Shown piece after piece: positions 10,218 to 21,617 of a stretch of DNA of 64,000 nucleotides (positions within the stretch are counted from its first letter, which is position 1; every line of letters begins with the position of its first letter). The notes beneath the pieces were generated by a model that worked only from the letters and a program-made list of their open reading frames with translations, did not search any database and had not been told where the DNA came from. Origin of the DNA: an uncultured Verrucomicrobiae bacterium (GTDB lineage Bacteria; Verrucomicrobiota; Verrucomicrobiia; Chthoniobacterales; UBA10450); the NCBI GenBank assembly GCA_963726745.1, contig CAVSDR010000002.1:128001-192000 (forward strand), written 5' to 3'. A program made the position numbers and the translations under genes.

Positions 10218-11121
10218 ATGATTGAATTACTCGTTCCCCGGGAACGCGCCGGCCTGCGGCTGGATCGCTTCCTCGCGCTGGAATTGCCGGATTTTTCGCG
10301 CTCGCGCCTGCAGGCGTTGATCGAGGGAGGATTCGTTAGGCTAAACGCCGCGGTGCCGCGCACGCGCGAAATCGTGAAGACGGGCGATGCGGTGACGCTG
10401 GAAGTGCCGGCGCCGGAAAAGATCGAGGCCGAGGCGGAAGAGATCGCGCTGCAAATTCTTTTCGAGGACGACGATCTCCTGGTGCTGGACAAGCCCGCGG
10501 GGATGGTGGTGCATCCGGGCGCGGGCAACCGCGAGCACACGCTGGTGAACGCGCTCCTGCACCATTGCACCGCGCTTTCCGGCATTGGCGGAAAGGAGCG
10601 GCCGGGGATCGTCCATCGTCTCGACAAGGAAACCAGCGGCTGCCTGGTGGTGGCGAAGAACGACCAGGCGCACCGCGAACTTTCGCGGCAATTTGCCGCG
10701 CGCACGATGACGAAGACTTATCTCGCGCTGGTCGCGGGGCGACTCGAAAAAAGCCAGCGGCACGATCGACGCGCCGATTGCGCGGCACCCGATCCATCGG
10801 CAGCGAATGGCGATCGCGCGCTCGACCCGTGGGCGCTCCGCGCGGACCGATTACAAAGTGGTGCGCGCGGGCACCAGCGCGAGCCTGGTGGAGTGTGCGC
10901 TGCACAGCGGACGGACGCACCAGATCCGGGTGCACTTGCATCATCTTGGGCATCCGGTTTTAGGCGACAAGCTCTACGGCGCGCGCTTGGCGAAAGCCTA
11001 TCCACGCCAAATGCTGCACGCTTGGCGGCTGGGGTTCACGCACCCGACAACGGGTGAAGCGATGCAGTTCGAAGCGCCGCTGCCGGCGGACTTCAACGAC
11101 GCGCTCGAGCTTCTGGACTAG
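10218..11121 (+). CDS. rluD: RluA/RluD family 23S rRNA pseudouridine synthase (frameshift at A-run near 10750)
   Basis: S4 domain RLDRFLA...SRSRLQ; DKPAGMVVHP, RPGIVHRLDKETSG; GRTHQIRVH and LHA in the second frame. Confidence 0.9.
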
Positions 11122-11125
11122 GCGC

Positions 11126-11162
11126 AAAAAAGCCGCGGCGCTCACGAGGAACGCCGCGGCTT
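11126..11162 (-). terminator. Intrinsic terminator between convergent genes
   Basis: AAGCCGCGGCG / CGCCGCGGCTT stem with an A6 run on its left (U-tract on the minus strand). Confidence 0.75.
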
Positions 11163-11178
11163 GAAGTTGCTGTCTAAA

Positions 11179-12048
11179 TTAGGCGGCCTGCCGGCGGCGC
11201 AGGAAGATCGCCCCGCCGATCAAGCTCACCGCGAGCAGCGCGTAGGTCGAAGGCTCCGGGACTACGGCGATGTCGCGCAGCGCTGCGCCGTTGAGCGTGC
11301 TCACGGGCGTAAGCACCGCGGTGGTGAGGTTAAGCGTGTAGAGCGAATTGCCGCTCGAGAAGTAGGCGGTGTTCGTGCTGCCGCCACCGTGGTGAGCACG
11401 TCGAGACCGGTGATGCCATTGAGCGCATCAAACATCACTCCACCGAGCATGAGCGTGCCGACGGTCGTGAGCGTGGAGAACTGCGGCGCGGTCGATGTGG
11501 AGGATGAGCGCGTTCAGGGTGGCGTCGATGCTGTAAAGCGCGGTCGAAGCGGGCCCGGCGATGTTGTTCGTGTAAGCCGCGGCGACCAGGTTCGGGGTCG
11601 CGCCTTGATTCGGATCGCCCGCGGCGAAGGTGAAGGCTCCATCCGAGGTCACCACGCCAGTTCCGGGCGTGAGGCGGAAGTTATTCGTGCCGGCGAAAGA
11701 CGCGCAGGCGGTTAGCCGGCGGGATTGAAGTCAATCACCGTCGCTCCGGGGACGGCGTTGTTAACGTCGAGCGTGGCCGCGCCCGTGGAACTCAAAGTGT
11801 AGAGCGATCCGCTCGAACCCATGCCGTAGAGGAGGCCGTTGCTGGAGGAGAAGTAGTCGATCCCGATCAGGCTATCGCCAGCATTCAGTCCCGTGATCGG
11901 GACGGTCGTAGGAACGGAAGCCAGGGGAGCTATAGAAGGAGAGGGAGGTCCCGGCAGCGCCGAGACCCACGAGTGACTGCGCCTGCGCGAAGCCGGCCAG
12001 GCCGACCAAGAGGAGAGCGGAGGTAAGGCTAACGAGTAGTTTTTTCAT
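11179..12048 (-). CDS. DUF4394-like surface protein with PEP-CTERM sorting signal (several frameshifts)
   Basis: Signal peptide MKKLLVSLTSALLLVGLAGFAQA; IDFNP and AAAYTNN motifs; C-terminus read by hand: VVPEPSTYALLAVSLIGGAIFLRRRQAA*. Confidence 0.8.
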
Positions 12049-12127
12049 AGGGATTGAGTTCTGGGTATCGCGCGGTTTTTCGCCACTGGTTCGAGCTTGG
12101 ATGCACGAAAATCGCCAGTCGAGAAAA

Positions 12128-13465
12128 TTAGGCGCGCGCCGGCGCCGGATCTTTTTCTTCAGGCGAGCGAAGCAAAAAGAAGGCAGTCGCGACCAGGGGC
12201 GGCAGGATAATGATGCCGCGCATCCAGAGTTCGGCGTGCCAGGGCAGGAGGAAGAGGCGCTCGTTCCAGAAGAGGAAGTAGGCGAAGAGCGTAACGGAGA
12301 GCATTTGCCAGGGCTGCGCCCCGCGCCAGGCGGCCAGCGGAAGGATCCAGGTGAGATACCATGGGTGCAGGACCGGACTGAGAATGAGGGCAATCCCGAG
12401 CACCCAGAGCATCCCGCGTCGCCAATTGCGAAAGAAGACGAGCGAGAGCAGGAGCACGGCGACGACGATGACGACATTATACTGGTAGTTCTTTTGCCGG
12501 ATGTTCGGCCAGACGGTCTCCTCGATGATCCACCAGAAGAGATCGTTCAAGCGGGTGACGTAGGCGAAGTTGCCTAACGACTCCCAGATGTCGATCTGCG
12601 GATAGCCGTAGAGCAAACTCAACCCGCCCGGGATGGCCGCGCTCAGGAGCAGGGCGGGGGACCGCCCGCGGAGTGCGAAAACAGCCAGCGGAATGAGCAG
12701 GACGGGGATGAGCTTGATCGAAATCGCGACCCCGAAGAGCGCCGCCGCGCCGAGCGCCAGGAGCCACCGCTGCCGCGCGTCCGGTGCGCTCTCCTGCCGG
12801 ACGAGCAAGAGGATGCCGCCGAGCATGGGCAGGATCATGAGGCTGTCGAAATGCGCCGCGCCGGCAAAGCTGTAGAGCACCAGCGGATTCCAGGCATACC
12901 ACGCGGCCTGCGCATAACGTCCCGCGCCCGGAAGCAGGAGCAGGAGAAGGCCGGCGGTGGCCAGATCGGCCGCGGCGAAGAGGAGCTTGTAGACCAGCGG
13001 GCTCCCGGTCACGCGGCTTAACCCCGCGAAAAGCAGTTCGGTGCCCGGCGGATAAATCGCGCGGAAGTCGCGGTGGTTGATCTTGTAGAACTCGGGAAAG
13101 GTCGCGCGCAGCGGCGCAAGGGTGACGTCGTCCGGCGCGGTCACGTAAGGATTGAATCCGGCCTGCTGGATTTTGCCTTCCCATTGGTAACGCCAGAAGT
13201 CGTCGCCCGGTTCCAGGGGCAAAACGACCAGCCGCAAGGCAATGGCCACGGCCCAAAAGAGGGCTGCCTGTTTCCGCGGCGCTCAGCCATTCCGGGAAAG
13301 CGCCGGCCGCGAAGAGAAATGCGACCCCGCAGGCCATCCCCGTCGCGACGAAGCGCACCGGCATTTCCTGCAGGCGCCAATCGTCGAAAAGATTCGAGCG
13401 TCGCAGCCAGGGCGAACTCGCAGGCGAGCGCGCACGACGAAGCGAAGCAGCAGCGCCCGACGCAT
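12128..13465 (-). CDS. GT-C / GT87 (DUF2029)-like membrane glycosyltransferase (5' part frameshifted)
   Basis: DDFWRYQWEG, GFNPY, IYPP, YAWNPL, HFD and HPWY motifs; multiple TM helices; N-terminus pieced together across frames from the ATG at 13465. Confidence 0.75.
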
Positions 13466-13469
13466 CGCT

Positions 13470-16008
13470 TCAGCCGGGCAATTCTCGAGGCCGTGGTGGC
13501 GTTGCCCTTGATCCGGCTAAGGCCGAGACGATAGGCAGCGAGATCCACCAACTCCGCCACGCGTGACTTCAACTGCCGCGCGCGCAGAGCCAGGAAGGTA
13601 ATGAACACGGCATACGGCAGCAGGATCCATGGCTGCGCGTTGGCGGTGTTGAGCTGGTGATAGATGAGAAGCGTAACGATCACGAGATTGATGATCACCG
13701 TGGTCGGGACGAAGCGGTGCCGCAGCCGCACGCGCGTGAGGCATTTCGGACCGCCGTGATATTCGGTCACGCTTTGCAGAGTCACGCTCCACCAGAAGTT
13801 GCCGTAGATTTGGATATCCCACTCGTTCCACCCGGTGTCGCTGCTGTAGCGCCAGCCTTCCTCCTCGAGCAGGGCAAAGATCACCCCGAGGAGCTGATGC
13901 CGATCTTTGCTCTCCTCGCTCCAATAGCTTCGGCGCTCCGGCGTTTCCGCACCCGCTGTCTCCGGCGGCAGAAGTTCATGGGCGGTAATGACGGCGCGCG
14001 GGGTGCGCTTAAACTGCAACCAGGTGAAGTAACGCGACCAGCCGCGGACGAGCGGTTGCGCGATCGCGAGGAAAGTGACGAACAGACGCGCGGCGACGGT
14101 GTCGAACTTCGGCTCGATGCGCGCGCGCAGCATGTAGGACATGGCCACGCAGAGCGTGCCGCCGAGCATCAGGTACGGCACGATGCGCACCTCCGGCAGG
14201 AAGATTCCGAGCCCGAAAAGGAAGACCGTGAGCGCGAACCACTCGACGCTGCCCAGATAGGCAGCGAGTTCACTTTGCGGCGTGGGATAGATCGATTGGA
14301 AGAAGCCGTCGCCAAAAATGCCGTGGTAGATAATCGGGCGATTGATAAACCAGCTGAAGCGCGGCGTGCCGTAGATCTGCCCGCGCCATTTCGCGGTGCC
14401 GGTGGGCCCGAAAAAGATCAGGTGCTTGAAGCGGAGCATCGACTCCGCTTCGCCGTAGCCTTCCTGTTGTTTCCGAAAAGCCTTGAGGGTGAAACGCCGG
14501 TAATGCCAGACAATCGCGGTCGGGCTGAAGGCAATCTCGAAGCCGGCCTGCTGCACGCGCCAGCAGAAATCGACGTCGTCGCCAGCTTTGTGATACTCCG
14601 CATCGAAGCCGCCCACGTTTTCAAAAGCCCAACGCCACCAGGCCATGTTACAGCCGGGAATATGCTCGGCGACGGTATCGGTCAGGAGCACGTGGCTGGG
14701 CCCGCCGGGCGCAGCGGCGACGCAGGCTTGGACCCAATTTTGCGCCGGCGGCGAGATGTTTGGTCCGCCTACCCCCGCGTAATCGCCGCTCAACAAAGTG
14801 CTGACTAAAAAGTAGAGCCAGTCGACATCGGCCATGCAATCGGAGTCGGTGTAGGCAAAGATTTCGCCGCGGGCCGCGGCCGCGCCGGTGTTGCGCGCGT
14901 GGCTCAGGCCGTGGTTCGTCTGGTGGAGATAACGCACGCCGGGAAAGCGGGCGGCGATTTCCGGGGTGTTATCGGTCGAGCCGTCGTCCACCAGGATGAC
15001 TTCGTAATCGGGGTAATCGATTTTGCCTAACGACTCCAGGCAAGCTTCGAGCGTGGCCGCGCCATTATAGGAGCAGACGATCACGGAAATCGAAGGCGTG
15101 CGCGCAAGCGGCACCCGCTCCAGCGGCTGCTCCGGCGCGCCCAGGCGATCGCGGAGCGCGTGGAAGGATTTCTTCGGCTGTCGATCGCGCGTGACCAAGC
15201 CAAAGGCCCAGTCGGTAATTTCCTGGTCGCCGGTGAACCATTCGTCGGTCCAGGCGAAGAAGATCGTCCCGGCAAGCCCGCACTTGAGCACGCTGTCGAC
15301 GTGCCAGCAGAGCATCGCGGCCTGCTCTTCCTCGGGGTGGCGGATCGTGTCCATGCCGAACTCGCCCAGGATGAGCGGGCGGTCTTCCGCGAGATTCTGC
15401 AGGCGGAGGAGGTAGCGCTCGAAGTCGCGCTGGTTATGCAGGTAAACGTTGAAGCAATAGAAGTCGACGTTCTGCGGCAGGAGGAACTCGGTCGGCGGAA
15501 AGCTGGCGTAGGAGAAGAGGACGTGGGGGTTTTCCGCCCGCCCCACGCGGATGAGGTGCTCGAGGAATTCCGTGACCCGGCGCACGCCGAGCCAGCGGAC
15601 CATGTTGCTGCTTATTTCGTTGCCGACGAGGTAACCGAAGATCGCCGGATGCCCGGCGTGCGCGGCCACGGTCGAGCGGACCGCTTCCGTGATGGCGTCG
15701 CGCGCGCTCTTTTCGCGAAGGAATTCAATGTGCTTGGCCCACGGGACGGTGATGAGCACGCGCACGCCGGCGGCCGCGCAGCGATCGAGGAACCACCGCG
15801 GGGGGCAATGATAAATGCGGAGGACATTAACCCCGACGTCGCGCATGAGCCCGAGGTCGGTCTCGAGTTTTTGCGGGTCGCCGAGGTAGTGGCCTTCCGC
15901 GTCCGGCCGGAACGGTCCGTAGGTGACTCCTTTGACGAAGAATTTGCGGTCCCCATCGAAGAAGAACTTTGCGACTGCGCGCACCGGGCCAGGACTCGGG
16001 GAACTCAC
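13470..16008 (-). CDS. Fusion of a clan GH-A (GH2-like) TIM barrel and a GT2 glycosyltransferase with C-terminal TM helices
   Basis: KGVTYGPF, VGNE, LGEFG; then SVIVCSYNG, VDDGSTD, YTDSDC, PGCNMA, GDDVD. The ORF runs to 13141, but the 3' end probably lies near 13470 (frameshift). Confidence 0.85.
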
Positions 16009-16061
16009 AAGCGAGTTTCCTAGTCCACGCGCCCGGGCGGCGCAAAGGATTTACCGCGCGG

Positions 16062-16643
16062 CTAGAGCTTCGGGCCGATGATCTGGCGCAGCTTCATCAT
16101 CCCGCGGCGGATACGAGCCTTGACCGTGCCGAGCGGCTGCCGGAGTTGCTGCGCGATTTCCTGCTGCGTCAGGCCGCCAAAGAACGCCAGCTCAATCGCC
16201 TTGCGCTGGTCGTCGGAAAGTTGGATGACCGCGCTCCGGACCATTGCCTGCGTCTCGTGCGCGCTGGCTTCATCGGAGGAATCGATCTCGGTCATGCGGT
16301 CCCAGATTTTCGCCTCTTCTTCGATCTCGTCGTGTAAACGGCGACGGCGCTGGAGACGGCGGAGGCGATCGATCGCTTTATTGCGAGTCAAAGTCATCGC
16401 CCACGTAAGCGGTTTACCGCGGCGGACATCGTAGACGGAAGCTTTCTCCCAGATCTGGACAAAAGCTTCCTGCACCACCTCCTCGGCATCGCGGGCATTA
16501 TTCAGCACGCGGAATGCAGTGGCGAGGAGCACGCCGGAATAGCGGCGATAAAGCTCGTTCAAGCTGCTGTGATCTCCGATGGCGGCCCGGCGGAAGAGTT
16601 CGGTGTCTTGGAGAGGAGAGGAATCGAGGGTGGTGGTAGACAT
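16062..16643 (-). CDS. ECF sigma-70 factor (SigK/RpoE-like)
   Basis: DAEEVVQEAF, RNKAIDRLR, LAFFGGLTQQEIA and PLGTVKARIRRG. Confidence 0.93.
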   Translation of the reverse strand: MSTTTLDSSPLQDTELFRRAAIGDHSSLNELYRRYSGVLLATAFRVLNNARDAEEVVQEAFVQIWEKASVYDVRRGKPLTWAMTLTRNKAIDRLRRLQRRRRLHDEIEEEAKIWDRMTEIDSSDEASAHETQAMVRSAVIQLSDDQRKAIELAFFGGLTQQEIAQQLRQPLGTVKARIRRGMMKLRQIIGPKL

Positions 16644-16719
16644 ACATTAACCTTTCGGTAGACAAAAGGTAGACGGATGCCTGACGACGTAAAGTTTTTT
16701 CGAAATCTTTTTCCAGCTT

Positions 16720-18006
16720 CTAGGCGCCCGGGGTGCGCCACCCCTCGGCCATCACCGCGGTCGTGCGGCTGATGTCGCCGGCTGTGTGGGCGGTGGAAAT
16801 GAAACCAGTCTCGAACTGCGACGGCGCAACGTAGACGCCATGATCGAGACAATGCCGGAAGAAGTGCGCAAAGCGGGCGCGATCGCTCCGTTGCGCCGTG
16901 GCCAGGTCGAGCACGGGTTCAGCGGTGAAGAAGAGGCAAAACATCGAGCCGATGCGATGGAAAGTGAAGCTCTCGTTCGACCGCCGGAGCGCGGCGCGGG
17001 TCTCCCGCTCAAATTGCGCACCCAGAGTCTCGAGCAAGGCCCAGCCATTGATCCGCTCAAGCTCCCGCAATTGCGCCAGCCCGGCGGCCATTGCCAGCGG
17101 ATTCCCGGACAGGGTGCCAGCCTGGTAGACGGGGCCGAGCGGCGAAAGGCAATCCATGATCTCCGCCCGCCCGCCGAACGCGCCCACCGGCAGGCCGCCG
17201 CCGATGACTTTGCCGAGTGCGGTCAAGTCGGGCGTGATTTGGTAAAGTTCCTGCGCGCCACCGCGAGCCACACGGAATCCGGTCATCACTTCGTCGAAAA
17301 TAAGCAGCGCGCCGTGCCGGGTGCATTCTTCGCGGAGCTGCGCGAGGAACTGATCGCGCGGGAAGAAGAGGCCGGCATTGGCCGGAATCGGCTCGAGAAT
17401 GATCGCCGCGATCTCGTCGGTGTTTTCGCGAAAGGCGGTCCGCACCGCCTCGATGTCATTAAAGGGAAGCGCGATCGTGAGATCGGCGAAGCGCGCTGGC
17501 ACGCCTGCACTATCCGGAGCGCCATGGGTGAGCGCGCCGCTCCCCGCGTTCACCAGGAGCGAGTCGACGTGCCCATGGTAGCAGCCCTCGAACTTGATGA
17601 TTTTTTCCCGTCCGGTGAACCCGCGTGCGAGTCGGATGCAGGACATGGTGGCTTCGGTGCCGCTGTTGACCATGCGGACCTTCTCGATCGAAGGCACCCA
17701 ACGGCAGATTAATTCCGCCATCTCCACTTCGAGCGGGTTGGGAATGCCAAAGCTCACTCCGCGCGCGGCCGCCGCGCTCACCGCCTCGACCACGACTTTC
17801 GGCGCATGCCCGAGAATCGCCGGGCCCCACGTGCCGACGTAGTCGATGTATTCATGGCCATCGACATCCCAAAGGCGGGCGCCTTCCGCGCGCTCGACAA
17901 AGAACGGCTCGCGGTCGAGCCCGCGGAATGCGCGCACAGGGGAGTTCACGCCACCCGGGATGCGTTTCTGGGCGGCGGCAAAGAGATCGGCGGAGGATGC
18001 GGTCAT
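16720..18006 (-). CDS. hemL: Glutamate-1-semialdehyde 2,1-aminomutase
   Basis: [55 protein letters not shown]. Confidence 0.97.
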   Translation of the reverse strand: MTASSADLFAAAQKRIPGGVNSPVRAFRGLDREPFFVERAEGARLWDVDGHEYIDYVGTWGPAILGHAPKVVVEAVSAAAARGVSFGIPNPLEVEMAELICRWVPSIEKVRMVNSGTEATMSCIRLARGFTGREKIIKFEGCYHGHVDSLLVNAGSGALTHGAPDSAGVPARFADLTIALPFNDIEAVRTAFRENTDEIAAIILEPIPANAGLFFPRDQFLAQLREECTRHGALLIFDEVMTGFRVARGGAQELYQITPDLTALGKVIGGGLPVGAFGGRAEIMDCLSPLGPVYQAGTLSGNPLAMAAGLAQLRELERINGWALLETLGAQFERETRAALRRSNESFTFHRIGSMFCLFFTAEPVLDLATAQRSDRARFAHFFRHCLDHGVYVAPSQFETGFISTAHTAGDISRTTAVMAEGWRTPGA

Positions 18007-18065
18007 GGTTTCGGCAGAAAGGTGCGCGCTTCTCGAATTCCCGTCCAACGATCAGGCTGCGCGCG

Positions 18066-18094
18066 TTGACAGTACCGCGGCGTGCTCCTAATCT
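18066..18094 (+). promoter_or_regulatory. Sigma70-type promoter of tRNA-Cys
   Basis: TTGACA (18066-71), 17-bp spacer, TAATCT (18089-94), then a GC-rich discriminator before the tRNA. Confidence 0.7.
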
Positions 18095-18108
18095 CCCGCT
18101 CGCGCAAT

Positions 18109-18180
18109 GGCGGGGTAGCCAAGTGGTAAGGCAGCGGTCTGCAAAACCGCTATTCGTGGGTTCGATTCCCGCCCCCGCCT
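18109..18180 (+). tRNA. tRNA-Cys(GCA), CCA not encoded
   Basis: Acceptor GGCGGGG/CCCCGCC, D arm GCC-AAGTGGTAA-GGC, anticodon arm GCGGT-CTGCAAA-ACCGC, T loop TTCGATT, discriminator T. Confidence 0.97.
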
Positions 18181-18199
18181 CTCCTTCGCCGAAGCCAGC

Positions 18200-18360
18200 A
18201 TGCCAGCGCGAGCGCATTCGGCGTATACACGGCTGCGGCCACGCTTGGCCGATCTTCCGCAGCTTGCTCGGCGATGGCAGGGTGCCGTCTACCGCGTCAC
18301 CACTTTGGATTACCCGAGCGCCGAGGCAATTCTTTCGGGGCAGGGGAGCTTTTCGCACGT
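18200..18360 (+). pseudogene. Fragment resembling the N-terminus of a RES-domain protein
   Basis: WQGAVYRVTTLDYPSAEAILSGQGS resembles RES N-termini; similarity stops where GGRWN would be expected. Confidence 0.5.
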
Positions 18361-18456
18361 GGAAGCCGGGCTAGGAGAAAATCACCGCATCTCGCCGTTA
18401 CGAGGCATTGCGCAGGAGGGCCCACAGGCGGAACGCTTCGTGCTTTTTGAAAGCGC

Positions 18457-19161
18457 GTGGCGAGGAAATCAAATGGCGGGAAACCATACGAGCGCACCTT
18501 ATCGCTCCGTGAGCTCATGCCGGCGGCGCCTTTTGCGGATGGGCTCGGTTTGGCAGCGGTGCCCATCCGAGGTGAGGGGCCATCCCGGTGCAGTGAGCGT
18601 CGTTTTGGCAGCGGACGGAGCGCGCTTGTTATCACCTTACTGGCGGCGATCGCTTTTGGCGGCGGACTCATCCTTGCGCTGGTCCCGGCGCGCGGTGGGG
18701 GTCGCCCGAGCCTGATGGCCGGGCGCGAAGCCGAGGTGATCTATCTCCCGCCGGCGCGGACCCACGCCGTGGCCGGGGAAAGGGCCAGACCCGGCCTGCC
18801 TGACCTGGTTTTTGCGCAGCGTGCGCTCGTTAGCCAGCAAGTTGGAAGCGTGCTGTCTTCTCCCGATTCAACGCCATGGAAATCGAGCGACGCGAAGTCG
18901 TCCGAGGCCGGCCAGGTCGCCGCTTCGGCACGCCTCCAATACGAGACCTTGCGGGAGCATTACCTCGAGGCGACGCAGTTCGCCGCGAACGGAACCTGGC
19001 GCGCTGGTGGCCAGGGAAACGCCGACGGTGGATCGACTTCCGCGGGCTTCGAGGCCGTGCAGATCGCGGCGATTCCGGAAGTCCCGGCGGTTGGGCCGGT
19101 CGTTGCGGGACTGCTCGCGCTCATCGCCTGGCGGCATCGCCGCCAATCAAGGCGCGGCTAA
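18457..19161 (+). CDS. Hypothetical protein with degenerate PEP-CTERM-like C-terminus
   Basis: Hydrophobic segment near the N-terminus; ends AAIPEVPAVGPVVAGLLALIAWRHRRQSRRG; start uncertain. Confidence 0.55.
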   Translation: MARKSNGGKPYERTLSLRELMPAAPFADGLGLAAVPIRGEGPSRCSERRFGSGRSALVITLLAAIAFGGGLILALVPARGGGRPSLMAGREAEVIYLPPARTHAVAGERARPGLPDLVFAQRALVSQQVGSVLSSPDSTPWKSSDAKSSEAGQVAASARLQYETLREHYLEATQFAANGTWRAGGQGNADGGSTSAGFEAVQIAAIPEVPAVGPVVAGLLALIAWRHRRQSRRG

Positions 19162-21533
19162 GTTTCCCGCACGATCACGCGTTGCACCTCGGCGAGCGGC
19201 GCGCCCGCGCGTTCGAGGAGGAATTCCACCTGCGCGCCGGCCGGCAGTGCTGCGGTCGCAAGATCGGCGAACCATAGCCCGAGGCCGGTCCCCTGGGCGT
19301 GGCTCTCCTGCGGCGCGGGGGCGCCCGCCGCGGTCCAGCGCACCGTCGCCTCACCGTCGGTGATGATCCGCAACGTCCGGCCGGGCGCGATTCGATCCAG
19401 GCGATGGGCCAGGGTCCACATCTCGAACTCCGAGCCACGACGCTGTTGGCGCACGTAGCGTTCATAGGCTGGCTGCACCCGGTCGCACGGTCCGCCCTCG
19501 GCGCGGCTGCGGACTAACGAGAGGTATTCCGCATGCGTCCAACAGAGTGGCATGGCCGAGCCGGTGGGCGCGCCCGGCAGATAACCGCGCGCGGCTTCGC
19601 CAAACCAGACCTGCTCCGGGAGCATGTCGCCGGCATTCGCAAAGCGCTCGAGCGCCTGAATGAAGGGGAGCGGATCGCGCCCGGCGGCCAATTCATAATG
19701 ACCGCGCTCGCCGGTAAGCAGCGGCCAACAGCCGCCCACACCCGTGCCATCAAAGGCGCTCCCATCCGCTTTCTGCCCGTAGCCATCGTGATTGTAACGC
19801 CGCCAACAAGGCCCTTGTGGCAGGTCGAAGCGCAGCGCCGCATCCAGCACTTTCACCGAGTCGGCCACCAGTGGATCGTGCGCGTCGCGCAAACCCAGCC
19901 TAACGAGTTGCAGAAAATCGCCGCCGACGATGTTGCGCGCCGGATGCAATCCGCCGCCGTTGGCGATCTGGAGCAGCGCGGTGTCCGGCTCGCAGGTGAA
20001 GCGCGGGTCGGCCGGGTCCGAGGGCGTGATCCGCAGGTAATGCCGCGGCGTCCCCGGGAGGAGTTCCCCGCGCGTGGTCGTGGTCCATTCTTCGAGGTGC
20101 GCCGAGAGCCAGTCAGCATATTCATAGGCAAACCGAGCGCTCGCTTCCTCGCCGCGCGCGCGGGCAAACTCCGCCGCGCAAACCATCGCGGCCGCAATCA
20201 CCGCGAGTGTCCCGGGAGAATAGCCAGCCGCTTCTTCCCAGCGATCCTGCCCCGTCACCGGACCGCGCAAAACCAGGAAGCGGGCCGCGCGGCTCACCAG
20301 CGTCCAGGGATCGAAAAGCCCGAGCGCGTCGAGTTCCCGCAGGCGCCAGGCAAGCAGGACCGGCGCGGCGATTTCATCAAGCTGCAGCCCGGTCCAATAC
20401 GGCTGGCCATTGATCCAACTATTCTGTGGCAGGAGACCATCGCGCTGTTGCAGGCAGGCCAGCCAGATGAGCGCGCGGCGGGCGGTGCCTTTGCGTCCGC
20501 TCGCGAGCAGGCCGAGCGCGCTTTGCACAATGTCGCGCGACCAGACGAGGTGGTAGCCGCCGAGTTCATCGTCGCCCTTGGCTTCGCCCCACGGGATGCT
20601 CATCGAGGCCACCAGCGCGCCGACAAAAGTCTTGTCCTCGTGCGCCAGCAGGACCGAGCGGCTGACCCAAAAAAGCCGGCCGCCATCGCCAGTGTGCGCG
20701 TCGAGGTTTTCCTCCGGCAGGGCCCGGCGCCATTGCTGGACGAAGTCCGCGCGCTGCTCGGTGAAAGTGCTGCCTAACGACTGCAGGAGCTTGGTCACGG
20801 CGCTCTGCTCGCTCCGGCCCATGGCCACGGCGACGAGGAAGTCGTGCCCGCGCGAGAGATCGATTTCCGCGGTCAGGGCGACGTTGCCATCGAGCGCCTG
20901 GTCAAACTCCCAGTCCATCCGGAAATTCTGCAAGTCCTGCCAGCCATCGCTCGCGCCGACGTAGCCGACCGAGCGCCGGAGAAAGCCCGGCTGCGCTCCC
21001 AGCACGAGGTGAATTTCCTCACGCCAGGCGTGCAGGAGATTGGCTCCGCCGACGTCGCACACGGCGGCGTTGTTGTGCATCCCGCCCTTCTTCAAATGCG
21101 GTGCGAGCAAGGCGAAGACGCGCAGCTTCGAGCGCAGGCTTTCATCCGCGATTTCGATGCGCGTTTGCACGAGCAAGACCGAGGAATGCGGATCGGTCGC
21201 GATCTCCTTGATGATCCGGTAGCGCCCCGCGCGCTCGGAATTCGTGATCCGATAGAGGAGCGCGCCGCGCTCGGGATACTCGATCTGATGATCGAGATCG
21301 CGCCGTTCCTCGTGGCAGAATGTTTCGCCGTCGGTGATGAGAAACTGGAAGTCGCGGGTGCAGGGCTGGTCGACGTGCGGGTAGTAGATCTCGTTCACGA
21401 TCCCGTGCGAAAGGGTGAACCAGAGACGGCAACTGGTGTGATACGCCGTGCCGATCCCTTCCTTCGTGCTTTGGGTCCAGCGCGCTTCCGCGCCGGGCGC
21501 GCCAAAGGCCGTCCCTCGCTCCACCTCGGTCAT
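19158..21533 (-). CDS. GH15 glucoamylase/glucodextranase
   Basis: GAPG...WT, FTLSHGIVNEIYYP, ASMSIPWG, GGYHLVWSRD, QLDE, DRWEE, RYNHDGYG, LPEQVW, SAMPLCW. Confidence 0.93.
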   Translation of the reverse strand: MTEVERGTAFGAPGAEARWTQSTKEGIGTAYHTSCRLWFTLSHGIVNEIYYPHVDQPCTRDFQFLITDGETFCHEERRDLDHQIEYPERGALLYRITNSERAGRYRIIKEIATDPHSSVLLVQTRIEIADESLRSKLRVFALLAPHLKKGGMHNNAAVCDVGGANLLHAWREEIHLVLGAQPGFLRRSVGYVGASDGWQDLQNFRMDWEFDQALDGNVALTAEIDLSRGHDFLVAVAMGRSEQSAVTKLLQSLGSTFTEQRADFVQQWRRALPEENLDAHTGDGGRLFWVSRSVLLAHEDKTFVGALVASMSIPWGEAKGDDELGGYHLVWSRDIVQSALGLLASGRKGTARRALIWLACLQQRDGLLPQNSWINGQPYWTGLQLDEIAAPVLLAWRLRELDALGLFDPWTLVSRAARFLVLRGPVTGQDRWEEAAGYSPGTLAVIAAAMVCAAEFARARGEEASARFAYEYADWLSAHLEEWTTTTRGELLPGTPRHYLRITPSDPADPRFTCEPDTALLQIANGGGLHPARNIVGGDFLQLVRLGLRDAHDPLVADSVKVLDAALRFDLPQGPCWRRYNHDGYGQKADGSAFDGTGVGGCWPLLTGERGHYELAAGRDPLPFIQALERFANAGDMLPEQVWFGEAARGYLPGAPTGSAMPLCWTHAEYLSLVRSRAEGGPCDRVQPAYERYVRQQRRGSEFEMWTLAHRLDRIAPGRTLRIITDGEATVRWTAAGAPAPQESHAQGTGLGLWFADLATAALPAGAQVEFLLERAGAPLAEVQRVIVRET

Positions 21534-21617
21534 GCGCTGATTACGCGACGATTTCACGCGGCGGGCAATCCCCGAATCGCTCTTCGTTTTCCCGCGACCC
21601 GGTGCTAATGCTCCCGC

